Shown in pieces: positions 27,601 to 38,955 of a DNA stretch of 64,000 nt (the first letter of the stretch is position 1; each line of letters begins with the position of its first letter). Origin of the DNA: Bugula neritina. Lineage: Eukaryota > Animalia > Bryozoa. The notes beneath the pieces were generated by a model that searched no databases, had not been told where the DNA came from, and saw nothing but the letters and a program-made list of their open reading frames with translations. Made by a program: the position numbers and the translations under genes. Location: NCBI GenBank assembly GCA_964035545.1, contig OZ037767.1, positions 26,428,628 to 26,492,627 of the forward strand, given 5' to 3'.

Positions 27601-30600
27601 ATTAAAGCTTCGCCAAAAAGTGAAATTTTACCATCCGAGTCTAAAATGGAGATTATAAAATCTCCACCAGTTAAACAAGAAGCAGCTGACAGTTATGAAA
27701 TTCCCACTACCACCTTGAACTATAAGAAAGTTGGCGGTGGCTCCGACACCAAAGTTAAAGGTATTATCCATCGTGTCTGCTTGAATAGATGGTAAATTTT
27801 TTAGAATATGATTTAACGTTTTGGTTAATGTTTTTATATTTTATAAAATGTAGCCCAAAAGACTATAAAGCCTGAAGTTGCTAGACATATAGATGAGGTC
27901 ATAGAGGCTGTGGTGCGGGGCGAGTTTACAGCGAGAAGCTGGTCTCCACCCTCGCCCACGTCGCCCCCTGTGACAGCTAAGGCTAGGAAAAGGCAGATGA
28001 CCTCATCTTCATCTGACTCGATGGTTGGAGGGAAGAGATCTGCCCCCGCCACTCCGCAGAGTACCCAGGACCTAAGGAGTCCGCCACTATCCGCGTCTGC
28101 TGCTGAGCCTCCTTTTCACCCCTTTCACATGTCTGCTTCAGGTAACTGATTTGTGACTTGAGTTCTACTTGAATCTAAATTCTGCTGCATTTCATAAAAA
28201 TTGAGTCCTCACCTTACCTACATCATTGAACTTAATAGTCTGTGCCTTGTGCACATTTCCTTTACGTGAAGGAGCAGGATTTAATTTCTCTTTGGCGTTT
28301 TGTAGATGCCCCGTCAGATAGTTCAACAATGTCCTCACAACTTCACTCCCCTCCCCTCCCTGCTTTCTCCTCATCTTCTCAAATGTCCATCACTTCAACT
28401 ACTGTGACTGGCAATGCACCAGGTAGTCCGAATGTGCCCACTACGTTCATTGTCTCCTCTCCAGTACACCCTAGCTCCGGACCCAGTGGTGCCGCACCCG
28501 GTGAACCCCTTCTCCCTGCTTCTGTTACGGATATCAATCAGCATGAGTTGTATGCTTCTAAGCCAAAAGGTATCGAATTTAACTCATGTTAGCATACTGT
28601 AGCAACTCTTGCTGTTTCACTAATTTACTTCATGTTTATTCTGAGGTATCAGACAATCTGTGTGACTAATACTTTTAATTATCACTCAATAGTATAATAT
28701 GTAAATAATAAACTAATAAGTATATGGCTTATAACTATGCTACTTTCTCAAAGTAACTAAACTCGGAAAGTTTTAAAATAACTTAAAACTTATGTGAACA
28801 AAGAAATCAGGAATGCTGGAATAATTAAGTAATGAAAGAATAAAATGTAAAGATATATTTTATTGAAAGTGATTATTATTCATAAAACTTTCCTATACAA
28901 CTATTTTAATTTGAAGAACTGCATTGTTGGACATAATGGAAATACTTAGTCAAATATTACAAATTTATTTTATTTTTTATTGAATAATTTAAATTTATAT
29001 AATATTCTAAATAACTGTTAAGTTGGCACAAACCCTAAATACAACATTCTATGGTTGAGATATAATCACGTCTTGGTAATACTATTTTATATTCGTAGTA
29101 ACTGTAGCACCAAACAACAGTGTGCCAGTTATAGTGGACACGATAACTAGCAGTAGTTGTGGAAAGCATCTCACTCAACAATCAGTTACGCCATTGCGCA
29201 GTGACAATAAGACTAACTACACGCATCAGCAACAGAGGAAGGAGTTGCACGAGCCTCCAGGTCATCAGTCTATGTCGATACATGCACAGGTGAATATAGC
29301 TCTTTCCCAGCTGGTATTGTGGGTAGCTGGTAGTTTGCTACTAGTTTGTGTATTACTGCGTAGTGTCAAGATTGAATTTTATTTGCTTTAACATTTTTTT
29401 TATGAAATTGAATATTTCTGAGGCCTTTTCAACTTTAAGTATTTATATTCTAACTTTTCATTAGTAGATTCAACTGAATCGGATAATTCAGAAGTTTTTA
29501 GTTTAACAATTTACACAGATTAGATGATTTGCATGAGCTGAAATATTTTGGTAGTTGTGGTTTCATTTCAAGACTAGAAAGTAACGATATACACCACATG
29601 TTAGTCTACTAATAACTGATTCTCACCTTGTTGGTAAATATTTATTCAAACTTTGTGTGTATTTGTGTAGAGCTCCACCAGAGATTCTACAGATCTACAC
29701 AGTTCCGCTAGCAACCAATCTGTGCGAGTTCCGTTCACCATGCAGCAGCAGTCCGGTTATGTGTCGACTAGTAACACCAGCTTACCCTCCCCGCACCAGT
29801 CTAATAGCTTAACATCAGGTTCTGGAGCTAACGGCAGCAGTAGCAGCGGCCAACTAAGTGGCAGGCCTCAAGTCGATGGGGCTGGCAAGTCTTGGGATCA
29901 AGCTGTAGACACACATATTCAGAAATCTTTGATAAAAGTAAGTAAAAAGAGATAAAAAGCAACATTTTCTTACTTAGTCTAAACACTAGTTGTTTTTGGA
30001 ATTATCTACTCTTTAGAACAGAAGCCCGTAACTCCAAACTAATGTTTTTACCAAAGCGTATTTAAAATGTGTGCTAATCTAAACTAGAATGCCCAAAGAG
30101 TTACAAGCCTTGTATAATGTAAACAGTTTGATATAGCAGCTGTGTTGTGAGTGCTCAATCACGAAATACCTATTTCTGGGTATAATGTGAGAGCATTATA
30201 ACTCAACTGTGTGACTGTTAGCTGTGGAGGTGTGGGTGTGGCGATTATTACTATAATAGCATACGAATCACTGGTGCCATGTTGAAGCTCACTTACACTC
30301 CTGTGTTATTAAATTCAGTGTGGGCAATATCATTACTACCTTTGGGTTACTGTTCTTGTTTTGTAGAAAGACTATGCAACACCGCATTCTGAAATGATGG
30401 TTATGGGTCCTCACGGTAAGATGCCATTAAAATTGATTAATAAGTTCTGATATTTTGGTGGTTCTAATAATTTTCTAGTATTACTTAATTGACCTTTAAT
30501 CTGATACATCTTTATGCTCATTGAAGGTATAAGAATGGCCATGAATGCTCCACGGCAGCAGCGTAGTCCAGGTGCTGCCGGAGCCAGATCCATGCAGCAA

Positions 30601-32801
30601 GCTTTGGTGAGTGTGCATCACTAGATTAGGCTAATTACTGTGGCATGTATCAGGAGTAGTCTCTTCATGGATTAGCAACGTAAATATATTTGAATGATTA
30701 CCACGTACTACAATATGGTCATTTTCCGCACATTCTAGCACTCTCCTGGAGGTATCAGTTCGACATCGTCTGGTCATCTCACAATGCCACATCCAATAAC
30801 GCCGACAGACATGATGTTTCCTGCCTTCCACCACGCTGCCGGAGGGGACCACATGGCCCGAGGGTCAACCGGTCACTACCCTGGGTATGGCGCTACTCCG
30901 TGGGGCCAACCGCACGGTGAGATGTCCAGATACATGATGCATCCACAGCACCTGATGCAGTACCAGATGCACCTGGCACACCAGCAAGCAGTGGCAGCAG
31001 CGGCAGCGCAGCAGGTAAAACTCTTCTTGCATCGCGTGGAATAGTTTAATCTGTTTCTATCACATGGTAATCTCCGCAGTATTGCTGGTTGTCTTGTTAG
31101 ATCTTTCTTATATTAAGTAATATTAGTTATTCAGCTGTCTATCTATGTTATAGCTGGTTGTTGTGTTGTTGTTGCTAAACAGTGTGTTTACAGTCAAAAT
31201 AGATGCTATCAATAAATTGACATGCTTAGAAAATAGTTTAATATCAATATAGTTGTTTAAAAAATTAATACTGCAGCATTTTACTTGTTATTTTTGTGGT
31301 GTGTTGATAGAGCCCCTTGAATAGCCCCCTGCCCCCTCACGCCATGCCAATGATGCAGCCACACCTTCAGCCACTCCCACACCAAGCAGATGACCGAAAA
31401 CCTAGCGCTCAGCAAAACCCTCTCACTTCTGTACCTCCACAGTCACAAGAGCTTTCTGCCAGCTACACTTCACATGAAGAGCAACTGAGAAGGACAATGA
31501 GTCGGTGCCCTGTAGTGTGGCAAGGTACTTAGTCTATTTACTCTGTATCATATCTCTACTTGCGTCTACTATGTATCACATCTCTACTCTGTATCACATC
31601 TCTACTCTGTATCACATCTCTACTCTGTATCATATCTCTACTTACATCTACTCTGTATCATACAGGCACGCTAGCCCTAAAGACAGACACAGCAGGTGTA
31701 GAAATGTTTTACCTGTGCGGTAATCAGGCTCTACCTGACCTAGCTCTACCTGCAGAGGAAGGTGGCCTCTGTCTGCTCAAAATATCGCAGAGAATGAAAT
31801 TGGAGAAACCTCAGTTGGAAGGATTAGATTGGAAAATTAAAGTGAGTCACCTTGCTGGTATACTTGAACTTGGGGTGATTCTTGTTTTTCAGCAAAAATA
31901 TCATTCTGCTGTTGCATAATGGATGCATTTTTAACCTAGTGTAGTGGTTAGTTTTGGAACAGAATATTTGTATTGCCATGTTTGACTGTTTTTATCATTA
32001 TTAATTGATACACTTTTAGAAAACTTTCATGCAATAACTTAAAATTTCAACATAAAATTAAGTATTTGGGCTCGTGGTCTATATTCTTGCATAACAAATT
32101 TTCGGCATCATTAAATTTTTATTTTCATTACTTTAAACCGTTTTTAGTTTAGTTTTTCTAAGAAAGAAAACAGCTCATTATTTCAAGAAAAATATTTTCA
32201 GAAAACTGTTAAAACATTGTGCTGATATTTTCACTGCGTCAGAGGAAAAAGTTGTATTCGTTTTACTATGCATGTCATATCGCATTATGAATTCGCTGTT
32301 TTGAAAGCTCAGCTTTTCGATAATAATTTGGCTATCTAGCTGACTAGATTGTCCCAGTGTGACCTTCTAACTATTACCTGGTTATTTACAGATGAAAGAC
32401 GATTTCTGTCTACTGCTAGCGCTGCCATCAGCTGACAGCAAGCTTATGGATACTCACCAAACTAGCTGCTTACAGACCGGTTTCATAGACTATCTGAGTG
32501 AGAAGGGAGCAGCTGGCATTATCAATGTGCCCAAACCTGGTGAACATGAGGTAGGCCTGCCGATTCTTTAATCAGCTAGTTGAGAATGTATGCTTGTTTT
32601 AATAGCATGCGGTTTTGTGTGCGAAAATTTTGTACTATTTTTATATACGTGTGTTTGAATTTATATTTTTAGCCTTCCTACGTTGTCCACGTCTTCCATC
32701 CGTGTGAATTCTCTATGCAGAAAATCGACGAATTAAAACCGGACCTCAGTCAAATGGCCAGGGAGGTGGCCCATCTGGTCATCATTATAGCTACTGTTTG
32801 A
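7205..32801 (+). CDS. SPEN: Split ends / SHARP / MINT transcriptional co-repressor (4 RRM + SPOC), about 40 coding exons
   Basis: Exon 7205-7287 MVRESRYIKVGQIP..HFRK splices in phase to 8611-8892 YGKVHSV (RRM1). Next are 11712-11843 (RS-rich) and 12747-12853, 13586-13697 (DTSLRDGLFHEYKKHGKVT), 14048-14285 (KATRTLFCGNLE), 14604-14824 (KLGFGKSMPTNCVW), 15055-15190 and 15455- (VDFA), covering RRM2-4. A long low-complexity middle contains the Spen-like islands SIFDQDCERL and SMYDKVK. SPOC is in 31311-31524, 31666-31841, 32392-32550 and 32673-32801, ending HLVIIIATV* (human SPEN ends HLMIVIASV*). Confidence 0.96.
9084..9771 (+). promoter_or_regulatory. Cluster of 12 same-orientation GGATTA hexamers in SPEN intron 2 (candidate RNA cis-element or K50 homeodomain-site cluster)
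   Basis: Exact GGATTA at 9084, 9352, 9376, 9394, 9412, 9437, 9457, 9487, 9506, 9689, 9716 and 9766; function is inferred. Confidence 0.6.
10840..11060 (+). repeat. Imperfect (AGT/GGT/AGC)n trinucleotide tract, SPEN intron 2
   Basis: Direct reading. Confidence 0.9.
12450..12700 (+). repeat. Imperfect (ACT/ACC)n trinucleotide tract, SPEN intron 3
   Basis: Direct reading; it is the reverse-complement class of the 10840-11060 tract. Confidence 0.9.
21660..21790 (+). repeat. Coding 18-bp repeat in SPEN encoding (RQKEIE)n
   Basis: Five EIERQK copies plus degenerate ones in the exon 21038-22098. Confidence 0.9.
24340..24487 (+). repeat. Coding 18-bp repeat in SPEN encoding (APASPP)n
   Basis: About 7 copies in the exon 24254-24547. 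Confidence 0.9.
24574..25712. mobile_element. Non-autonomous hAT-type DNA transposon (MITE) in a SPEN intron
   Basis: TIRs CAGGGTTGGGGT...ACCCCAACCCTG, a perfect 8-bp TSD GTATTTGG (24566-24573 and 25713-25720), subterminal (AATTAC)n arrays at both ends and no transposase ORF. Confidence 0.92.
24826..25448. mobile_element. Foldback element with ~210-bp imperfect inverted arms, nested in the hAT MITE
   Basis: GTCATTCCAT..GTCTCAGATTTTG..GACCTACACAT..CCTGACACAAA..GAAAATTTGTGATTT (24828-25035) recurs as the reverse complement at ~25230-25448; superfamily not determined. Confidence 0.8.
26940..27220. repeat. 12-bp minisatellite (AATACTGCTTAC) at the start of a SPEN intron
   Basis: About 23 copies beginning just after the donor GAG|GTGTGT at 26934. 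Confidence 0.92.
31535..31662. repeat. 18-bp minisatellite (TCTACTCTGTATCACATC) filling the intron inside the SPOC-coding region
   Basis: About 6 imperfect copies. Confidence 0.85.
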
Positions 32802-34247
32802 TATCACATTTCTCCTTCATCACTCAACTTCTATCAGTATTTGGACAGCTCCAATGCTTAGGCTCAGTCTAAGTCATTGAATCGAAGAAAGCAAAGTGAT
32901 TGTATTACACATACCTGAGGAGTATTTTATATGCACTATACTTTCAGGTTTCTGAAAGCAGAATTTCACGAGTTCTTAGCCGACCTAAATTGTAAATTAC
33001 TGCGATGGCCTACGAGTGTTTTGCTTCATTTAGTCTAGCCTTTCTGTTGAACTAAAGCATTTTGCTAATGCAATAATTAGGGTTGTTTTGGTTTTGATTT
33101 TTATATTTCCATGGTGGTTGCAATGCCCTTTAAGACAATGACAGCCCATCATTCTTTGAAGTGAGGGCTGTGCTTGAATCTTGATTTTTTTTCCATTAAT
33201 GAAAGCCCTGTAACGTGGGAGTTGTCACATTACAATAGTTGATCTCAGCATTGTAATTACCGCACTATTTTATCACCCAGACTGCTTGTTATATAGCTTA
33301 GATTTGATTTGCTGTGAATACTTTTATCTCCATTCAATTGTCTTTAAGTTTCCTTTGATCTCATTTAGTTTGAAGATGTAAATTTAGTTAGCTTAAAATT
33401 TGATAGATGCTCTCACCCGAATTAGGGGTGGAGCAAGTGGCCCGATGTAACTCTCTACATAATTTCATCTATCTATAGATACCTCAATGCTCAATAAGAT
33501 GTTATTTTTCTACTTTTTTGCCAATTTTCACTTACATCATCAAGTGTAATATTCCAGTTTCAATATTTACCAGTGAAAGTTTGTCTTTGATTTGTCAATG
33601 CTTATGTAACAACTTTAATTATAACCTGGTAGATGATGTATGACATTTTTTTATTTTGTTGTAAATTAGCTAATTCTGTACAAATTGTAAGTATTGTAGG
33701 TATAGTTTTTTTTCAGCATGCAATTTTTAAATTAAAACAGCATCATTTCTATGACCTACCAACACCACTACCTAGTACATACTACTATGCTTCACATTAA
33801 TAGCTCTTAATAAAACAGTGAAACATAATGCAGATGTTCAGTTTATTAAATAATTCAAGAAACGTAAACTAACTAACTGCTCAATGAAAGCTTTGACTAG
33901 GACAGTTGCACAAAATTCTCATAACTATGCCTAATTTGCAAGAAGCATTTAATAATTATAACTACATTTGCCATCTGAGAAATCAACAGCAAGCCAACTT
34001 GGAGAGCCTTCATGGTTTATTATAAGAGGCTATATAAAAAGTTATATAAAATGAATAATTATTGAAAAAATAGCAGACAAATTCAACAATGATATTTAAA
34101 TAATGTATTTTTGTAAATAAAGTTTTTTAAATAATATTTTTGGGTGAGTATAAATCCAGAGCGGCCAAAGTAAGAAAATAACTACTTGGAGACTTGTTTG
34201 AAATATTAAAGTTAGTAGATGACAAGCCCGTGTGTTGAGTAATGAGT

Positions 34248-37200
34248 CTATAAGAGCCAGGGGCTATCTAGAGATGAGGTGCCTCTACCTAAATCCCCTT
34301 CATTCTTATATCTTTGTTTAGACCTGAGCAAGAATCCAGCACCTTCATTCATCACAATATTTCCATCACACCTGTAGAGAATAGCATACTACACATACCA
34401 TATGCCTAACACTAAGTTTTTTTACATTTAGTCACCATTTACGTTCAAATACAAAAATAAAATCGCCGATAATTCTTTCTAGTAATTAAGGCGTAAACTA
34501 AACATTTTCTAAGGAATCATCCATATAACTAAACAATGAAAGTAAAATTATACTAGTGGCTATGAAATGTAACCTCTTCAAGACATGAACATAAACTCAT
34601 ATAGCCATGTTTAATCGAACTGGTCATGAACTGCTTATTGCAAATTTAAAGTTATTTTCACTTTTTATAGAAAATGAATGCCAACTGTTTAAAACAAATA
34701 AATAAATAAAACATAGAAGGCAACCTACGCAACTAATGCACCAAATGTGCTCATTTCACTGATTATTTCCGTGAGATCTGGAACCTCACCACCGCTGACA
34801 ATGTAGTTCTGGTTGGTTGGAGGTAGAATCTTTTCCATCAAAGTATATGCAGCAAGTTGATCTTCAGAAAGTGCTTCTAACTTAGTCGGTATGTCATCAC
34901 CAAAAGTATTGTTACCTAAAAGATTAGCAACAGTTTTTAAAGTTCCTAATAAAATATATTCAACTTCAATAGTAAAAAGTGAACATGCAATGAACAGCAT
35001 GCATTAAAATTAGCCCTCATCTTCACACGAAAATGTAGGAGATTAAAAAAATGATTTAATTAATGAGTTCAGTTCGTGTTTATGTCTAACAGCTTTGTGT
35101 GGCCATATTCACATGCAGTACAGTTATTGGTGTTTCAACAAACAATTATTAAGACTGCCTAGCTTCTAGAATCTAGAAAATAAATTTTAAATTGATTCTA
35201 TAAAAATCCAAATGACTTCCAGTTGCTCTGGTTTTAAAACTGATGTAGCACCAAGCATAAGTATAGATATTCAAAACTTGTTTAGATATAAACAGAGTCA
35301 GTAAAGTTAACATGGTGATAAACACCTAGAATAAATAATCAAACATATCATACTTTCAAGCAATAAGTAATGTGAAACTACAATAAATAAGACTGTAAAA
35401 GTAGCAGTTACCTCCCCCTTCCCGTTGAGGTTTCATAACATAGTTCTGTGGGTTTTTCTTTGCCAGCTCAACTGTTTCCAAGCCTCCTTCTTCCTGTTCA
35501 AATGAAATACAATATCATTACCTCAGGAGTCCACGCCATAACACTGACTATTATCTACATGTATGTATGTCTATATGTATGACTATAGTGGCAGCTCTTT
35601 ACCGTATATAATAAAGGAAACCAAAGGTGAAAACGGGAACACAAACCATAGTTTTCTGATTTCAACCATTAGTTTAAGAATATTATATTAGAGTATGTGA
35701 ACAGGAACTACTACATGGGCTACAGTGAAGACTTGATTACCAGGTAGGCAAACTCAAGTAAATGGGCTCTAAACTTCCAAGCTTGTCATTTTAAAACTCA
35801 TGACCTGACAATCTGACACTTAGTATCTAAAAATCTGTGACTAAAACCAACCTTGACAAAAGAGTGATGGGCCATAAACGTTTCTCTTAAAAGTGCACAT
35901 GATTCCTCATCCAGGTATTTCTCTAGAACACCCGGTTTACACAACGTCTCCTGAATCTTTTTAGTCCCGGCCAACACATAACCAATGGTGGGGCATTTCA
36001 CAGCCAATGACCTCTCAATATTATACCTCACTGTCCATAACTACAAGCAATACGACACATCAACATAACTCTCAACCTATTTGTGAGAAATTGTCTTTCG
36101 GCAAGTTTACTCTTCGTCTCATAGCAATTAGTAAGGATTGTTCTATAAGCAGCTTTGAGTTGGGGGTGAAGGACATTTGTAGTTTAAGGGTCTCAAGCTT
36201 GGAGTTATGTCCCCAACTCCAAACTTGAGACCCGTAAACTAAACTCGTCCTTCACCCCCAACTCAAAGCTGCTTATAGATCAATTCAATCAGCAATGCTA
36301 AATCTTTTTCACTTTTTAAAAATATTCTGCTGCAATTGTAGCTAAAATAGAGTTTACTTGTTTGACTCCGGGTGAAGGTCTTGTACACAGATATACGTAT
36401 GGTGAGCTTTTACAATGGAATGCTCTGAGATTTAATAGAAGTACTACGAGTGACTGACTCATAGAATGTCTTACCTCTTCTTTGTCTATGTAGTGTTTAG
36501 GGGAATATCCATATCTATAATAGGCCACTGCCACTTCTTTCCCATGTCTGTTATTACAGAAACATTCACTTATATTACATTACGTACCAAATAATATAAT
36601 ATAATGCATTCAAACCAACTAAAACAACAATAAAATTGACAAAATAATTAAGTATTGATAACTGGCAATACTTACATAAATAACCTGCGGTCTTTGTCTA
36701 AAGTCATGGAGGTTGGAAGGGTACTAAATACTACCCTCATAAATGGAATTCGAGGATTCAACTTGAGAAGCTCATACTGTATAGAGCGTTGGTCGGCTAA
36801 GTTAAACTCATCAGTGTTGTGTATAAGTACTATGGCTGCCCTGTACAAATATATTACCAACTAAACCTGTTCCAGTTGGCTAGACTTCATAACTGATAGC
36901 TAGTAGACTAATGAGGAGGCTTACTGTTCATTGCCGTACTGCTGCCATGCTTGGATAAGACCTCGAGCTAAGAGGGAAGTAGCTGTGTGCTCAGGAATGT
37001 GAGAGTTGTCAAGTGCTAGCAAGGTGCCCGTCAGGTACCTGCAACATATTTCAAGTTACTCACAGTTAGGGTAAACAATTTTATTAAAAGTTGCAATTAT
37101 AGCATTGATATAGCACCATCATAGCATTGATATAGCACTAGTATAGCGCTTGTATAGCAATGGTATAGTACTAGTATAGCACTAGTAGCGCCTATCCCTA

Positions 37201-38955
37201 CATGACTGTGGAAAGACTTGTATATGACAAATCAACAAAGACGTTTACTACAGATATTTTGTGCTGACTGAAACCTACCGATGCCAGAGAGCAGCCCGGC
37301 CAACGACACCGGCAGCACCAGATGCCATTGTGTTGAACTCGACTTGCTTGATGACATCGCTGTCAAGGTGACACATGTAATCAGATCTGTTGATAGCCAG
37401 GTATATTCGCTAAAAGACAAAAAACAGCCATCTTTTGTACTGCTTTGTGGCATTTTGTGATACAAAAACAATCAAATAGAAATGCTGGTGTAAACTATGA
37501 CATTAGTTTTAAATTATTTACAAGATATTAGTAGGAATGCTTGATAAGGCAGTAACACTGTGGACTAAGCAATGTTGTTATTGTGACACACTATGACCCT
37601 AACACGTGACCAGCAGAAACAACTAGAAGCAACACTGAGTTAGGGGTAACTGAAAGCAGAGTTTGCGTAGCCGTCTTTGCTGACTTCAAACTAACTCAAA
37701 CTAATGCACTCAGTGACCACCCACTAGGCGCTGCTTCTGGTTGTAGATCTGTAGAAAGATGGATGCGTGGAAAGACAGTGATTGTCTATTCAGATGGCAT
37801 CACATTCTCAGCCAACTCTAAAGAAATAGATCATGTCTTTTCCAAGGACACCGACCAGATGTTGACAGACACACTTGATTAATCAATCAATTATTATTAC
37901 ATTCTTTTAAATAAATGTTAGAGCTTATTGTCATTTAGTTAGGCACTGTTATTTCAAGCTAAGTACTACAGTTTATGTGGTCTGATTTCGAAATGGGGTC
38001 AGCTACAGTGTTACTATAAGAATCATACCAAAACCACCAATATTGTGAGGTAACAAATAACACTTTATATTAGTGAACAGACTTAGACAATAACTAGGAG
38101 TTGCTTTCTCACAGATATGGATTATGAACCTACCTCAGATATGCCTTCACTGTGTACCTTGTTATAGATGTCTAAATACCTTTTCATAAAGTCATCAAGG
38201 TCAGCTAAACTGAAAATATGGCAGATAAATGTTTCTATCAACAGATTTCTGAATAAGAGTTTAAAAATGGATAAGTACCATAATAACATTTTACTGCATA
38301 GTATAACTTCATTATATTATAGTATAATTATTTTAGTTTATATTTGGTAAAATGACATAGAGAAAAACAAAACAAAAAATGTGATGTGGTTACAGATGCA
38401 CTATTGTAGGATTAAACCAATGCAATGGTTTCTATTGGGAAAGAGTTAGACTTACCCTTGCAGGGTATGTATAAGGAAATCTCGGTCTGTGGCTACTGAA
38501 TGGTAGAGTTTGTTGAATATTGGTTGAATAGCCAGTGCTCTTTCATATGCCAGCTTAGAATAAGGGGTGGGTACAAGTGCCGTACTGCTGGTGTGAGCTA
38601 TGTGAGGATTAGTCTCTGGCTTAGTGTGAATCTTCATCTGATTGCCTTTAAAGTATTTAAACATTCCATAAAAACAAGCTACTTAGTAAATTTGTGCAAA
38701 TACACAAGTTGGTAAATTCAGAAACTGTTATTAAATCATAACATATGCAAGTCTTTCATATACTATAACCATTATTTAAAATAAATATATTTTTTTACAT
38801 AGATAACCAGTAAAATGAAACAAACAACAAACCTCACCATGAAATAAAGAGTAATCCCAAAATTCATGAAGGAGTTGCACGAAATCTCTTTCCTTCATTT
38901 CTTTAACTTCATCTATAGGCAGTGTGTGGGACGATAATTTGGAGTTGTCTGCCAT
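34248..38955 (-). CDS. GSS: Eukaryotic glutathione synthetase family protein (ATP-grasp), multi-exon, with divergent substrate loops
   Basis: Starts MADNSKLS at 38955. Exons encode NRSDYM..KQVEFNT (~37408-37277), EFNLADQR, YYRYGYSP, ERSLAVKCPTIGYVLAGTKKIQE, YVMKPQREGGGNN and LMEKI..SEMSTFG. The last exon reads GFLLRSK..LDSPWLL* (stop 34250-34248). Orthologue versus specialised paralogue is unresolved. Confidence 0.92.
36143..36278. mobile_element. Short near-perfect palindrome (hairpin MITE-like) in a GSS intron
   Basis: CTATAAGCAGCTTTGAGTTGGGGGTGAAGGAC...GTCCTTCACCCCCAACTCAAAGCTGCTTATAG, with pairing that continues almost to the centre. Confidence 0.7.
37097..37187. repeat. 11-bp minisatellite (TATAGCAYTRG-like)
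   Basis: About 8 imperfect copies. Confidence 0.75.
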
